Below, piece by piece: positions 10,276 to 22,901 of a stretch of 46,797 nt of DNA; the stretch's first letter is position 1; each line of letters begins with the position of its first letter. The stretch covers positions 146,042,158 to 146,088,954 of the forward strand of contig NC_068982.1 in NCBI RefSeq assembly GCF_001194135.2, read 5' to 3'. This DNA comes from Octopus bimaculoides. Lineage: Eukaryota. Below the pieces are notes generated by a model. That model was given only the letters and a program-made list of their open reading frames with translations, was not told the origin of the DNA and searched no databases. A program made the position numbers and the translations under genes.

Positions 10276-10850
10276 AACCACAAGGAGTCACCGAGAACAA
10301 GGAACAAAATATACTGTGGGATTTTACAATCAAATGTGAATCCCTAATCGAGGCTCGGAGACCAGATATTGTTGTGGTAGATGAAGGAAAAAATAAAATC
10401 AAGATAATAGCTATTGCAATACCTGGAGATACACGCATAAGTGATAAAAACAAGAAAAGATTAAGAAGTACAGACTACGAAAAGACGAAGTTGCAAGAAT
10501 GTGGACTATGAGGAAACTGTCTGTCATTCCAGTAGTTCTTGGGGTATTCGGAGCACTAACAACCAAGTTCAAAAAATATGTCACAGAAATCGGAATTGGC
10601 ATGAGAGCAGAGCAGGGCCCCAAAACTGTTCTGCTGGGGACTGCTAGGATTTTGAGACTGGTTCTTGGATGTTGAATTCTCCCACGATAATTAACAACCA
10701 GGTATCGTGTGGAATGTGGACCTGTGGGACCCCTGGGAGCAGGCTGCTGTCCCGTCTCACAGAATCTACTATTACAAACAAGACCGGACGTTCTGAGAAG
10801 CAAAACAACAAAAACAACAACAACAACAGCAACAATAATAATAATAACAA
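10276..10850 (+). mobile_element. 5'-truncated R4/Dong element (RLE domain, 3'UTR, AAC/AAT tail)
   Basis: PQGVTENKEQNILWDFTIKCESLIEARRPDIVVVDE..IAIPGDTRI..EVARMWTMRKLSVIPVVLGVFGAL..LLGTARILRLVLGC*. Confidence 0.9.
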
Positions 10851-10859
10851 TAAAAATTC

Positions 10860-12285
10860 ATCGCACCCCACCAGCACAACGGTACAACAAATGATGCACT
10901 AGAAAGTTACTTGAAACTTTCAGAAGTCGATAAATAATAATGGTTTATGAGAGACAGGAGTTTCCGAAGAAACTAGGATTGTAACAGCGAAAATTAAGCT
11001 GGACCTTAAAAGGAAGGCCTCTTGCTCGGTATTGGTGCATTGAAAATACAGAGGGACCACAGTTGTTATCCTAATATAGCATCGACAGATAAAAGAGCAA
11101 GGATGAGGAGGGGACCAGCGAAGAAAACAAGATAGTGATGCAGTGCTACTTAGAAAGTGAACCTAAAAGAAGGGGCTATAGAAAACAGAAGTTAACACTG
11201 GTTAGAGAAGGCTATGTTTAAAGTGACTGAGCGGAGATTAGTTGATCAAGCTAATGCTATTAAGAGAAGAAAATGAATGACAGATTTGGAGGTAGAAGAG
11301 ATCAAAATAGAACTGGAATAGAAAGACCAGGCAGTACGAAATTTAAACTAGTCCATAAGAGATACAGCTCGATAAAAAGAGCAACCTAAAGGAGAAAATA
11401 ATACTAGTGCCACCAATAAGGAAGGGACAGCTTGCATCAGCGACGTAAGTGATTTAAGTGAGAAAGATCAGATTTTAGATGAGTTGCAGGAAGTAATAAG
11501 TAAAGAAGTAAGAAAAGGTTGCCAGCATTAAAAGGCACCATTAGAAGGAAGCTGCCAGAAATGACTAGGAAAGTAAATTCTGTTACCCAGTTGATGCACA
11601 CTAAAATATAGGAGACACTAATTTACTGATCTGTGCAGGAGAGGTAGTAGTCCTCAGAAGATTAGATATCTTACAAGGTAATATGGAAAAGGAGACTATA
11701 AAATGAAGTGAAGACTTTAAGACAAGATCAAAGTAGATTAGAACCTGGAAAGCAAACAAGTTAGGAAACACAAGATGCAAATCTCTCGAGAAACGATACT
11801 TACTCAAAGAAAAGGGATTTGGGACTGTAATAGATGAGGAGCTGAAACGGCGTATCATAGCAGTAGCAGGGAAGCTGTTAAGATATCAGTATAGAATAGT
11901 TCAGTATCAACAGAATAGATTATTTGAGAGAGATCAGAGGAGATTTTATTACCCAATAAATAGTGGAGAACGAAGTACTGAAGATTGGAAACCCAATGCA
12001 AGAGAACGTAACCAACAAGAAGATAACTGAAAAATTTATAGAACATAAAGGAAGTATGTAAAATTTTAAATGCTGTTGGTGGATTCACAATGATAACTAC
12101 AAATCTCAAATCGTGGTTAGATGAGCTATAATTCAAAAGCTGCATGGAACTGCTACAGAGAAGTACGTTGTTTGTATGAGGATTATATGAGTCTTTCAAA
12201 CCTGAGGCTCCTGGGAATAGATTTCACTCAAGGAGAAATTATTCCGGTACAACAGACTCACAGCCAGATAACAGAGAAATAATAA
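10860..12285 (+). mobile_element. Second internally deleted R4/Dong element
   Basis: EENKIVMQCYLESEPKRRGYRK..TERRLVDQANAIKRR..LRQDQSRLE..RIVQYQQNRLFERDQRRFY ends at ~12005. It is followed by an RLE tail (..TNLKSWLDEL..SCMELLQR), a UTR and aataataat. Confidence 0.8.
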
Positions 12286-13726
12286 TCATTAAATTTTTGT
12301 ACGTCTTCTTTATCCTGAAGTCTTATTGCTCTTCCAGTTTTTGTTTCCTCTTTTTTTTTCTCCGTAAATATCAGTTCCTTCACTTCATTTTCTTTCTTTA
12401 ACGGTGGAATATCCGTTAATTATTCATAGCCATTTATACTCCTAATTGAATTTCCTTCAATTTCGAATTTTATTGTTTTGTGTCAATAAAACTAGATTGC
12501 GGCAAATATAACATTCACTCAGGAATAAACATTTCAATAATTATTAAAGCTTTCGTTATATTAGTGTGTTCGAAATGAAGTATGTCAGTGTTCGTCAGTT
12601 TAAAGGAAGATGGTTGTAACATCATTTGTAATATACTGGAAGGGTGTCTGTAGGCGCTGTTGGACTTCGCTTCTCTTTCGGCCGTATAGTGACCAAGTTA
12701 CTAGCTTGCTTCCTATTTAAGTACAAGCCGCATAAGGCATATAATCATTGTAATCATTGTTTCATTGACACGTTATCTGTCGCTGTAGTATGTTGAGAAA
12801 TGCTTATCTAGGAGGATTATGTAAAACAATATTGACCTTGAGAGTAAGAGGCTGAAATGTATGAAATTCTAGCATAACTTAAGCCGTTATCTGCTAAAAA
12901 TCCATTCTCATAAAGGTCAAAATTCACGAAATGCTATTTGTAAGGAGAAAGACATCTGGAAAGTAAATATTAGTTAAATTAGTATCTTCAGTAATATTTA
13001 CTCCCATACCGTTTCTACCGTTGCAAAATATATGGCCATGACGGTCAAGTGAAATACCTACTGCATCCTCCTAGCACAATCCTATATTGTAATAAGGGGA
13101 TTTCTTTTATGACTCTGTAATATGCACATGGCGATTAGATCGCATTTATCACTATTATCCTTTGAGGTTACTGACACGTTAAATATGTCATTGGGTTTAG
13201 TTTTTTTGCCCTTATTCTGTGAGCATTTTGTGAAAAGGCAACAGTTTTCGCTTAATAGCTTTCATCAGATTTAAATGAGGGAAATGACAAATAAGTACCC
13301 AGACAGAATAATCTGTTGAGCAAGTTAAGAATGAAGCATTAGTGGGATATAAATGGAGTAGCGAAATAGAAAGGCAAAGAGAGGACGTGAAGGATGTCAC
13401 CCGGCAACAAATGTTGCTGCTTTCAAAACAACTATTGTAGCTCTTATACTTTCAGAAATATGAAAACTGATTACTAGTTAAAAACAATTATTGACCGAAG
13501 AAATCAAGAGCACATACATGTCTAAATTAAACATCACTAAGAAAATGAAAGGACAGAAAAATATAATAGAATGGAGCATAAAATGTGTGAGCGAGCAACT
13601 TCCCAACTTGAAATTGAATCAAACTTCTGTAATACAAGATACTTACAATAGAGGAGGAACGTACTGCAATAGTTCTTTGAAAACCACCAGAAAGGATTAC
13701 ATAACTTAAAATATATGACAATGAAT

Positions 13727-15210
13727 GATATACCCAATCCATAAAGGGGGAGGTAGAGCTGATGCCAAAGACTATAGGCCTATCTCTCTGACTTCTCACA
13801 TCAGCAAAGTCATGGAACGGATAGTCAGAGGGAAACTAATCGCATTCCTTGAAGAAAATAACTTGCTGAGTGATACCCAGCAATGGATTTCGATCAAGTA
13901 GGAGCTGCCTGACCCAGCTCTTACAACATTATAACTGGGTGTTGAGGCAGTTACTCAACAACTCAAATGTAGACGTANNNNNNNNNNNNNNNNNNNNNNN
14001 NNNNNNNNNNNNNNNNNNNNNNNNNNNNNNNNNNNNNNNNNNNNNNNNNNNNNNNNNNNNNNNNNNNNNNNNNNNNNNNNNNNNNNNNNNNNNNNNNNNN
14101 NNNNNNNNNNNNNNNNNNNNNNNNNNNNNNNNNNNNNNNNNNNNNNNNNNNNNNNNNNNNNNNNNNNNNNNNNNNNNNNNNNNNNNNNNNNNNNNNNNNN
14201 NNNNNNNNNNNNNNNNNNNNNNNNNNNNNNNNNNNNNNNNNNNNNNNNNNNNNNNNNNNNNNNNNNNNNNNNNNNNNNNNNNNNNNNNNNNNNNNNNNNN
14301 NNNNNNNNNNNNNNNNNNNNNNNNNNNNNNNNNNNNNNNNNNNNNNNNNNNNNNNNNNNNNNNNNNNNNNNNNNNNNNNNNNNNNNNNNNNNNNNNNNNN
14401 NNNNNNNNNNNNNNNNNNNNNNNNNNNNNNNNNNNNNNNNNNNNNNNNNNNNNNNNNNNNNNNNNNNNNNNNNNNNNNNNNNNNNNNNNNNNNNNNNNNN
14501 NNNNNNNNNNNNNNNNNNNNNNNNNNNNNNNNNNNNNNNNNNNNNNNNNNNNNNNNNNNNNNNNNNNNNNNNNNNNNNNNNNNNNNNNNNNNNNNNNNNN
14601 NNNNNNNNNNNNNNNNNNNNNNNNNNNNNNNNNNNNNNNNNNNNNNNNNNNNNNNNNNNNNNNNNNNNNNNNNNNNNNNNNNNNNNNNNNNNNNNNNNNN
14701 NNNNNNNNNNNNNNNNNNNNNNNNNNNNNNNNNNNNNNNNNNNNNNNNNNNNNNNNNNNNNNNNNNNNNNNNNNNNNNNNNNNNNNNNNNNNNNNNNNNN
14801 NNNNNNNNNNNNNNNNNNNNNNNNNNNNNNNNNNNNNNNNNNNNNNNNNNNNNNNNNNNNNNNNNNNNNNNNNNNNNNNNNNNNNNNNNNNNNNNNNNNN
14901 AACGCCGTCACACTTCAGGACCAGCTACTGCAACAACCTGGGTTTCAGGGGCCCACAGCTTTTTAATATCCTCCCAAAGAGCCTGAAGAACCTGCACAAA
15001 GTAGATGTAAGCGTTTGTTAATCAAAGCTGGACCTCTTCCTGTCGAGAGTTCCAGATGAACCTACCTCACGAGAAGAGGTGCCAATGAGGGTAGCTACAT
15101 CAAACTCTATTCTTCACCAAGTGCCACATATTGAAGGAGGCTCTCAGTAATAACAGTGTAGCAAAACGGCGGTGCATCAGCCTGGCCGTAGTTATGAGCG
15201 AAAACTACAG
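13727..15210 (+). mobile_element. 5'-truncated CR1/Jockey-group LINE (RT start before the gap, C-terminus and 3'UTR after it)
   Basis: PIHKGGGRADAKDYRPISLTSHISKVMERIVRGKLIAFLEENNLLSDTQ.GFRSSRSCLTQLLQHYNWVL..NVDV [923 N] FRGPQLFNILPKSLKNL..SKLDLFLSRVPDEP..SNSILHQV. The gap size fits the missing RT core. Confidence 0.85.
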
Positions 15211-15399
15211 AAAAAAAAACTGAAGGAGCAAGAATAGAAATAAATTGTGTTGGGAAGTTGCTGACTAGACTTTTTAATATGTGGCAATGAAATGGTGATA
15301 TTACTACTTATTCAAAAGTAGTATGAATGGAATTTATGCAGCAGTATATCTCTAAGCAATACCGTGTAAGCTATTGTATATATAGAAAGGCCATCGATG

Positions 15400-16150
15400 T
15401 TTTTCTTCTTTTGTCGTCGTCTGAAAAGATCTCATTTATCAGCTGTTGTCCTTTACAATCATACCTAATCTTCCATCATCCCTTCTGATCCCTTGGCAAT
15501 CTGTTATTACTGTGTAGATAACTAACCAGAACGATGAGGAGTATGAGCTTTGTATATTATTTGCGAAAATGCTTCAGGCTAATAGACGTGCGGGTATTAA
15601 ATATATTTGATTTTTGAATGGATTTGATGTTTCCCTATATCATGCCCCACCTTTTAATCAGTACTATTCACGAACGGTTTGAAAAATGTCGTCAAACAAT
15701 CATGACTATTATCCTGGTGTTTTATAGAAATTGTCAATATTTTCTATCTCATAGTTGTTTCGTAGACAGTTCTGAATTTGTTGGACATTGTGGAACATGC
15801 TTGTGATGACGTTATCCGTAACATTTTATTCCACCTTGCATATTTATTATGCTGAATGTTTTTGTTCCATATTCTTTCACAGTATTCTTCATTGTCCGTT
15901 GAAGATGTTGGCGGAGTTTCCTGTGTTTCATTTGTGTTTTTTTTTTTCAATGTTGCTGCAAAATCTGCTTCTAATTTATCCATATACTGCGTTCTTCTGC
16001 TAAATGTGTACTGTTTATTGTCATGTTTTTGTTAGTAAATATTGTATAAGATTTTCCTATGCCTCCAGCATGTTTATATCGCTATGAATACTATTCTTAT
16101 TTCTGCCCGTGTCCATCATTTGTTTTCTTTTTATGATGCGTCATTCATGT
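15400..16150 (-). mobile_element. Degenerate R4/Dong RT N-terminal fragment (the only minus-strand copy seen)
   Basis: Minus: ETPPTSSTDNEEYCERIWNKNIQHNKYARW, and rc of 15425-15470 gattgtaaaggacaacagctgataaatgag (GCK.QLLI.K motif remnant). Confidence 0.6.
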
Positions 16151-19100
16151 TCTATTTCCTTTTATATGAATGGTTTTCCTAGTTGAAAAAATATCTTTAA
16201 TATATTCGCATTCACTTTTAAATGAAAATGATGAGAGTTTGATGATGTTTATAATTAATCCCTGTTCCTTCAAATTATTCAGAATCTTCACTGAGCAAAT
16301 ATCTTAATGAACGCCTCACACGCAAATAAAACGAAAACGCACATATGTCTCAACTTCCGTCCAGACCGTGCAATAAAACCCTGTCCAAATAAAATCTATC
16401 CACAGTGAACGTGTTTCTTGTGTATACTGAATCTAGAGGTTCCGTTGCAGAGACTGGAATATAAAAGGGGGATCTCATTCAGTATGCTTCACAGGAAATG
16501 GTAATATCTTCTGCAGACAATACCACTGTAAATCGTCAAAGTGCACGGAGGTCGAGGTTTTTAACTGCGATCAAAAGCAATATGACGGCAGCTTCCAATC
16601 TGAACACTTAGAGGTAAGATCATGCAGAAGTCAGCTTAGTGGGTTACCAGATACAGAAACCGATTTAGTTGCTTGGAGACTAAGTCGTTCGGTAACTTCA
16701 AGCAATTTTCCTGTCTATAACTAAGACAGTTAGAGCAAAGGATTGTTGGCAAAATAGCAATCAACTTAGGATTAAACAGAGGTTGTGAATGCATCAAATG
16801 ATATATGATTTCCTGGTTAACTTGCGCTGCCACAGGTTTTTTTCTGGCCATTTTTGAGGGCCTGCATCTTTAGTTTTTGTGGATGAGAAGTATTCAACTT
16901 CCATAAGTCTCAGAGCTTTCAACAAACACCTTTTTGCTGTTTGTCACACACATTTTGTACAGTTCATTTTTTAGACTGATCTACATTCTGGGGAAATGCG
17001 ACAAGTAAGATTAGGTACCTGGTGTCTGGGATAGCTTTTATTGCTCACAGTGCTTTTATCAGTAGGGCAGTACAGTCAGGAGAATTCTAACAGAACTCGT
17101 TGTGAAGAAAGGAGACGACATTTTTGGTTATATGCTAAACGAGAAACAACGGTAGATTGTACTAGAGTTTCGATCTTATAGATGCGGGAAAATTGCAGAA
17201 AAGTTTCAACTGGCAGTTCTACTGGGGAACCTTGCCAGTTCCAGAAAAATCTGGCTCAGAAGTGTCATCAGTTGAGGTTTTCGAGATATGCGGAAAGAGA
17301 CGAAACTGTTCTCTATATTTTCATTTATTTCCCGGGTATGACTGATTTGTAGAGTTTTGTATATGAGATATGTCCTGCGTAGAATGGGATCACTTTCCTT
17401 GTGCACTGAGATTGTAGAAGTTTTCTTCTGACTGATGTCAATGATGATAAAAGTTGTGTAAAAAGCTACCTCTAAAAATAAATGACCGTTGACGGTCTTT
17501 CTAATTTCACGTAGGGATGACGGTGTGTGTAGACAGCAAAATGTTGCGTAGTAAATTTATCAAAACTAGAAAGGAACAGTGAATATGGAACTTTTGAATT
17601 CTTCTACACTCAACACTCGTAGGTCGGTTAAAGAGAGCTTGAAGATCGAACTTAACCATTAAAAGTCAATAAAATAGAAGATTGATAGGGTCTTTGATAG
17701 ATCCTCGGTGTTTGTTAATCGTACTCTAATACTTGATATTTTTTAATTCCATCTTCATTTTTTCATTTATCTCATTGTAAATATCCACATTCCCTATAAA
17801 TTGTCTGTATATTGTTTCCTCCATCGCTTTAGAAACAATTAAATAAACAAATTGTCAGTTATGTTGCCGACTGGTATGTAAATCAATTAATCATATATAT
17901 TTATATTCGGCTCCAGAAGTGTTAGATAATTGATAATGCAAAAATATATGCTCAATTGTAAAATCTAATTCAACTCTTACAAATACAATCACCAATTGCA
18001 CACACACTATATGTAGCAGCAACAACAAAGTGTTAAAACAAAACAAAAAAAAACAACAAACAAACAAAAAGAAAACGAAAACTGTCATTCTGTATCAATT
18101 AGTCTGTAGGCTATGGAAGCATATTCCATTCTACTATGGCAGTTTAATGCTATATGCTTGTGAACGGAAAGTACAATATTGCATTTGCACTGTCACATTT
18201 CATTGAAGGCTAGTCCATTGTTGTGTAAATAATTGTAGAGTAAATATATTCAGAAAAATTGACCTATATCTCTGTAGTTGCACAAATTTGATATTCAACA
18301 AATAGATATGACATATGTATATTTACTCAACAATCGTCCAAAATTTGCTCGAATTTGTGATATGGATTCTCTCAGAATTAAGCTGGTGTTTTTCACAAAC
18401 GTTGCAATCATTGAAGTGTGCGCTCTTAGAGTACAGATTTAAGGAAATCGTAAGTTATTTACGAAATCATGTTGATGATATATTTAAATTTAGGACTTCT
18501 TTCCACTTTCAATGCTTCCTGTAGTAAATAGAGAATTGTCTATGGAATACTCACTAGTAAATTGCTTCTTAAGTAATAGTAATAGTAATAGTAAATTGAT
18601 TTGTAAGTAATAGTAATAGTAATAGCGTTATCTTAAATCTGTACCTTCTCCCACACAAAATAAGCAAAATAACAATGCAATGAATTACCCGTTCACTTCT
18701 ACCACGGAATTTAGTATTTGTGTATTTTAATAGTTACTCTTATATCAACACTGTTATCAAACTTTCGTAAATCACATCACCGAATGCTTGAATAGTACTC
18801 AATCTGATTTTTGATAAAGTAGATGCATAAATTTGTTATTTTTGTGAAAATGATTTTGTTGTTATTTGTTATTAAACATGATTATGTAATGCTCAGAACG
18901 TTTGTAAGAACGTTTGGAGTGTAATAATTTCTGTTTTCATTTGCTACACTCTCCTAGTTAGTGTCTTCATTTATATTGGCTTAAAATATTGCTGGCACTT
19001 TCTGTTTAGGAACTATTTTAGTCTAGTGTTTAGATAGTACTTTTTGAAGTCGGTGTCCGAGTTGCATTGTCTCAGGGATTTATTTTAGTGTGAAAATAAA

Positions 19101-19260
19101 CAGTATTATTGAGAAAAGAAAAACACAAACATGCAAATCGCGAGAACAAAAAGCAAAAACAAAAAACAGAACAAAATTCCCGCAACTTGCAACAACCTGA
19201 AATCTCGATAAGTGATTTAAAAACACGTTTGAATATGCATGCATTCTATCATAATCATAT

Positions 19261-19448
19261 TAGTTTCAAATTTTGGCAAATGGAAGCAGTTTTCGAGGGG
19301 AATGGAGGTCGATGAAAGCAACTGCAGTGCTCAAGTGGTACTATTATATCGAATACGACAGGACGAACAACAAAGTCGACCTCTGCAGCATTTGAGCTCA
19401 GACCATAAAGACGTCCAGCATGCTAAGGATTCTGCCAGCTCGCTGCTT
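19261..19448 (-). mobile_element. SINE (2894 family)
   Basis: Reverse-complement head aagcagcgagctggcagaatccttagcatgctggacg, tail ..ccatttgccaaaatttgaaacta. Confidence 0.85.
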
Positions 19449-19461
19449 GGCATAATCGTAA

Positions 19462-19656
19462 TCATATTTCTTTCCAATATAGAAACATATGAAGGCGTGG
19501 TTATTCTATTACATCGATCCCAGTACTGGACTGGTACTTATTTAATCGACCCCCGAAACTGTAAGGCAAAATTGAACTTGGTAGAATTTGAACACGGATG
19601 AAATGGTGCAGTGCATTTTGTCAAGCATGCCAACGATTGCGCCAGCTCGCCGCCTT
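19462..19656 (-). mobile_element. SINE (2894 family), head-to-tail with the previous copy
   Basis: Reverse-complement head aaggcggcgagctggcgcaatcgttggcatgc, body ..gggggtcgattaaataagtaccagtccagtactgggatcgatgtaat. Confidence 0.85.
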
Positions 19657-20464
19657 GTATAATCATACTAACAGGACATTATCTGTCGTCGTGCCTTGCC
19701 TTTGTTATTCAGGCTTAGATTGAAGATGCCGTAGATATTGTTATTTGACCAAACATATTTCAGTTTTAGCTTATTCTTCAAGAAACAAGGGTAGGGAACC
19801 CTTCGTTTGTGAGAGAAACGTGAATTAGTTGTCACTTGCCTGCTTTGGATGAATTATCTAGATAATAAAATAGATTCTTACAAAATATAATTTTTCAACA
19901 GATATGAATATAAATGTATTCAGTTCATGCATAACAATTAGATTGGCTACAATTTATGAAACAGTTTTTTTGCTTCCATCCGTCCATTTCTCACTCGATA
20001 ATATTTGTCTCTATGTGAATGTCAACAATAATGTTATCGTTGTTGTTATTATTGTCCTGATATGCTTCTTTTTGCCATCGTGGTCGTCGCCAACGAGCAA
20101 ATTTTCGAAAGTAGTACGACTATTTGTTTCATTTTATATTCTGTTTGAAAAGTGTGCGTTCGTTTTATTATATTTTCTTCATGTTGTATAAGTTTGCGTG
20201 ATGAATATTTAATTTAGACTGTCTGTTCTTTCGTATGTATTTCCTTAGTTAATGATTATGTTTGTCGAGTTTTGGTTTGTTCATTTTTAAAAATTAATTT
20301 CCTTGTTATCGAATGTTTCTTACAAGTTGTGTCTTGAAGGAGTGCCTTTAGTGCTAGACACTCACTTATAAACATCTGTCACTGGTCATCTCGTGGACGA
20401 ATATGATGTGAAAATGTTAAACCAGAAAGTAAAATATAATGTTGTCTGGAAAATATATTAGCAC

Positions 20465-21035
20465 TACAAAATCGGTATTCGTGCTTAGTGGTATGAATAT
20501 CATCCTGAGCAAGTCGTTATATTGGTATTGACTGGATCTTCCAGTCAATACCAACATAACGATCCAGGATAATCGACTAGACATAATTATTAAAGATGAG
20601 GAAGAAAATAATTGTAGACTAATAGATATAAGTGTTCCCATCCGTAAAAAAATTATCTATAAAAGAATTGGCAAATTAAGTTAATATAAGGACCTGGAAA
20701 CTGAAAAACAAAAGATATGGCATATTCAAAAATGAATTGTTCATGTTCATTGTAGGTGCCATAGGTATGATAAAAAAGTGATGTCAGAAAAATCTAGACA
20801 ACATCCCAGGAGAACCATGTCTCAGAGAAATCCAAAAGATTTTCCTGACAAATACTGCCCACATCATTAGAAAAAGCCTACCAACTTAGATGCCTGTGTT
20901 GTATTGCATGAAAATATTTCGTTAATTCCCCTGGCATTTCCCCACCCACACTTCAAGTAATACTGTAACATCACTTAACCTAGAGCGCTGAGTGTGCCCC
21001 AGCAAGTGATAGTAACAAACATGCAATAATAATAG
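20465..21035 (+). mobile_element. R4/Dong 3' fragment A
   Basis: WDLPVNT-like ggatcttccagtcaatacc, ..LIDISVPS.., ..IVGAIGMIKK..NIPGEPCLREIQKIFLTNTAHIIRKSL*, then UTR and (AAT)n. Confidence 0.85.
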
Positions 21036-21043
21036 TAAATAGC

Positions 21044-21045
<2 letters not shown>

Positions 21046-21114
<69 letters not shown>

Positions 21115-21143
21115 GAAGAAGAAGAANNNNNNNNNNATAATAA

Positions 21144-21174
<31 letters not shown>

Positions 21175-21176
21175 AA
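21046..21176. repeat. (AAT)n-(AAG)n compound microsatellite interrupted by a 10-N gap
   Basis: Direct reading. Confidence 0.95.
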
Positions 21177-21177
21177 G

Positions 21178-22010
21178 CATTAAATAACAAGGGACTAAAC
21201 AATCAATTTCATGTAGCTACAACAGAAGTTACCCGAAACATAGATGAGATTGGCAGAGGAAAGGAACACTAAATGAAGAGTCTGAAAGCACTATATTGGC
21301 AGCACAAGACCAGGCTTTGGCTACGAATTCGAGGGTCAACCTTAGAAATGAGCAAATACCTCTGCTGTCTCGTATGTGTAATAGAGTGGACAAAACCATT
21401 GCCCATATCACGAACGAATGCTCTGGACACGGTCAAGTAACGAAAGTCCTACACTGGAAACTGTGAAAAGTGAAGGCCAGAAGACGCAAGCGTGGTATGA
21501 ACTCAAATCACGCAGAATATTGGAGCCGAGACTAACAAAATCCTCTGGGATTTCCAAATCAAAACAGATCAGGTGCTAGAGCATAACAGACCAAACCTAG
21601 CGGTGGATGACAAGATGCACAACATGTGCTATATAGTTGATGTTACATGTCCCTTTGACCCACGACTAGTCAAGAAGGAAGTCAAAAATATACATAAGTA
21701 CAAATCCTCTTATGTACGAAATAGCCAGGCTATGGAAAATGAAAAAGGTGAATAAAATGCCAATTATTGTTGGGTCCTTGTGGGTAGCATGAGAAGGCAA
21801 CAAGAGGAATATTAAGAAATTTGGAATAGAGTGCACAGTAGAACTGTTACAAAAATTTTGCCTCTTTGACACGGCTGGAATAACTAGCAAAGTATTAGTT
21901 GAAAACGGATAGCATCGTACCGTAGGCTGCAGGCAGAAAGCCCGCTACGCATTAAAGACTTAAGGTGTTCTAACAAAACCTGTGAGAGAAATAAATAAAT
22001 AAATAAATAG
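21178..22010 (+). mobile_element. R4/Dong 3' fragment B
   Basis: ..TILAAQDQALATNSRVNL..DKTIAHITNEC..KILWDFQIKTDQVLEHNRPNLAVDDK..YIVDVTCPFDPR..IECTVELLQKFCLFDTAGI. Confidence 0.9.
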
Positions 22011-22035
22011 TAATAATAATAATGATAATAGTAAG

Positions 22036-22377
22036 ATGACAACGTTTCTCCAAAGGAAATGAAGAAACTTTCAAAATACAAAGACCTGAAAATAGAGGTA
22101 ACTCGAATGTGGAATCTAAAAACAGAAACAATTCCTATCATAGTGGGCGCATTACGTATGATAAAAAAATATTCAGGCAAATACGTAACAAAAACAACAG
22201 GACTTACAAGTATATATAACATATAGAAAATTGCACTACTGACCACTGCACACATCCTACGCAAAACACTTTGAATACAGTAACCATAAGAGCATCACTT
22301 TAAACCACAGCACATAACCAAGACACACAGAGCTGGGCTCAGTAGTGAAGTGAAAGCACGAAATAAAAATGAAACTA

Positions 22378-22381
<4 letters not shown>
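22036..22381 (+). mobile_element. R4/Dong 3' fragment C (younger subfamily)
   Basis: DDNVSPKEMKKLSKYKDLKIEVTRMWNLKTETIPIIVGALRMIKKY..KIALLTTAHILRKTL*, with UTR ending aaaactactgAATAAT. Confidence 0.92.
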
Positions 22382-22451
<70 letters not shown>

Positions 22452-22465
22452 CAATAATAATAATG
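22381..22465. repeat. (AAT)n tract
   Basis: Direct reading. Confidence 0.95.
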
Positions 22466-22847
22466 AAATACTTTCTAATTGATGTATCAATTCCAGCAGA
22501 TGACAACGTTTCTCTAAAAGAAATGGAGAAACTTTCAAAATACAAAGACCCGGAAATACAGGTAACTCGAATGTGGAATCTGAAACAGAAACAATTCCTA
22601 TCATAGTGGGCGTATTAGGTATGATAAAAAAAATATTCAAACAAATACATAACAAAAACACTAGGACTAACAAATATATATAACATACAGAAAATAGCAC
22701 TACAAAGCACCACACACATCCTACGTAAAACACTTTCAATACAATAGCTATAAGAGCATCACAGCAAACCACAGCACATACCTAAGGCACACAGAGCTGC
22801 ATGCGGTAGTGAAGTGAAAGCACACTATAAAAATAAAACTACTGAAT
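22466..22847 (+). mobile_element. R4/Dong 3' fragment D, same subfamily as C with a slightly longer 5' extent
   Basis: FLIDVSIPADDNVSLKEMEKLSKYKDPEIQVTRMWNL..HILRKTLSIQ*. The UTR is close to 22275-22381. Confidence 0.92.
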
Positions 22848-22853
22848 AATAAT

Positions 22854-22886
<33 letters not shown>

Positions 22887-22901
22887 AATAATAATAATAA
22901 T

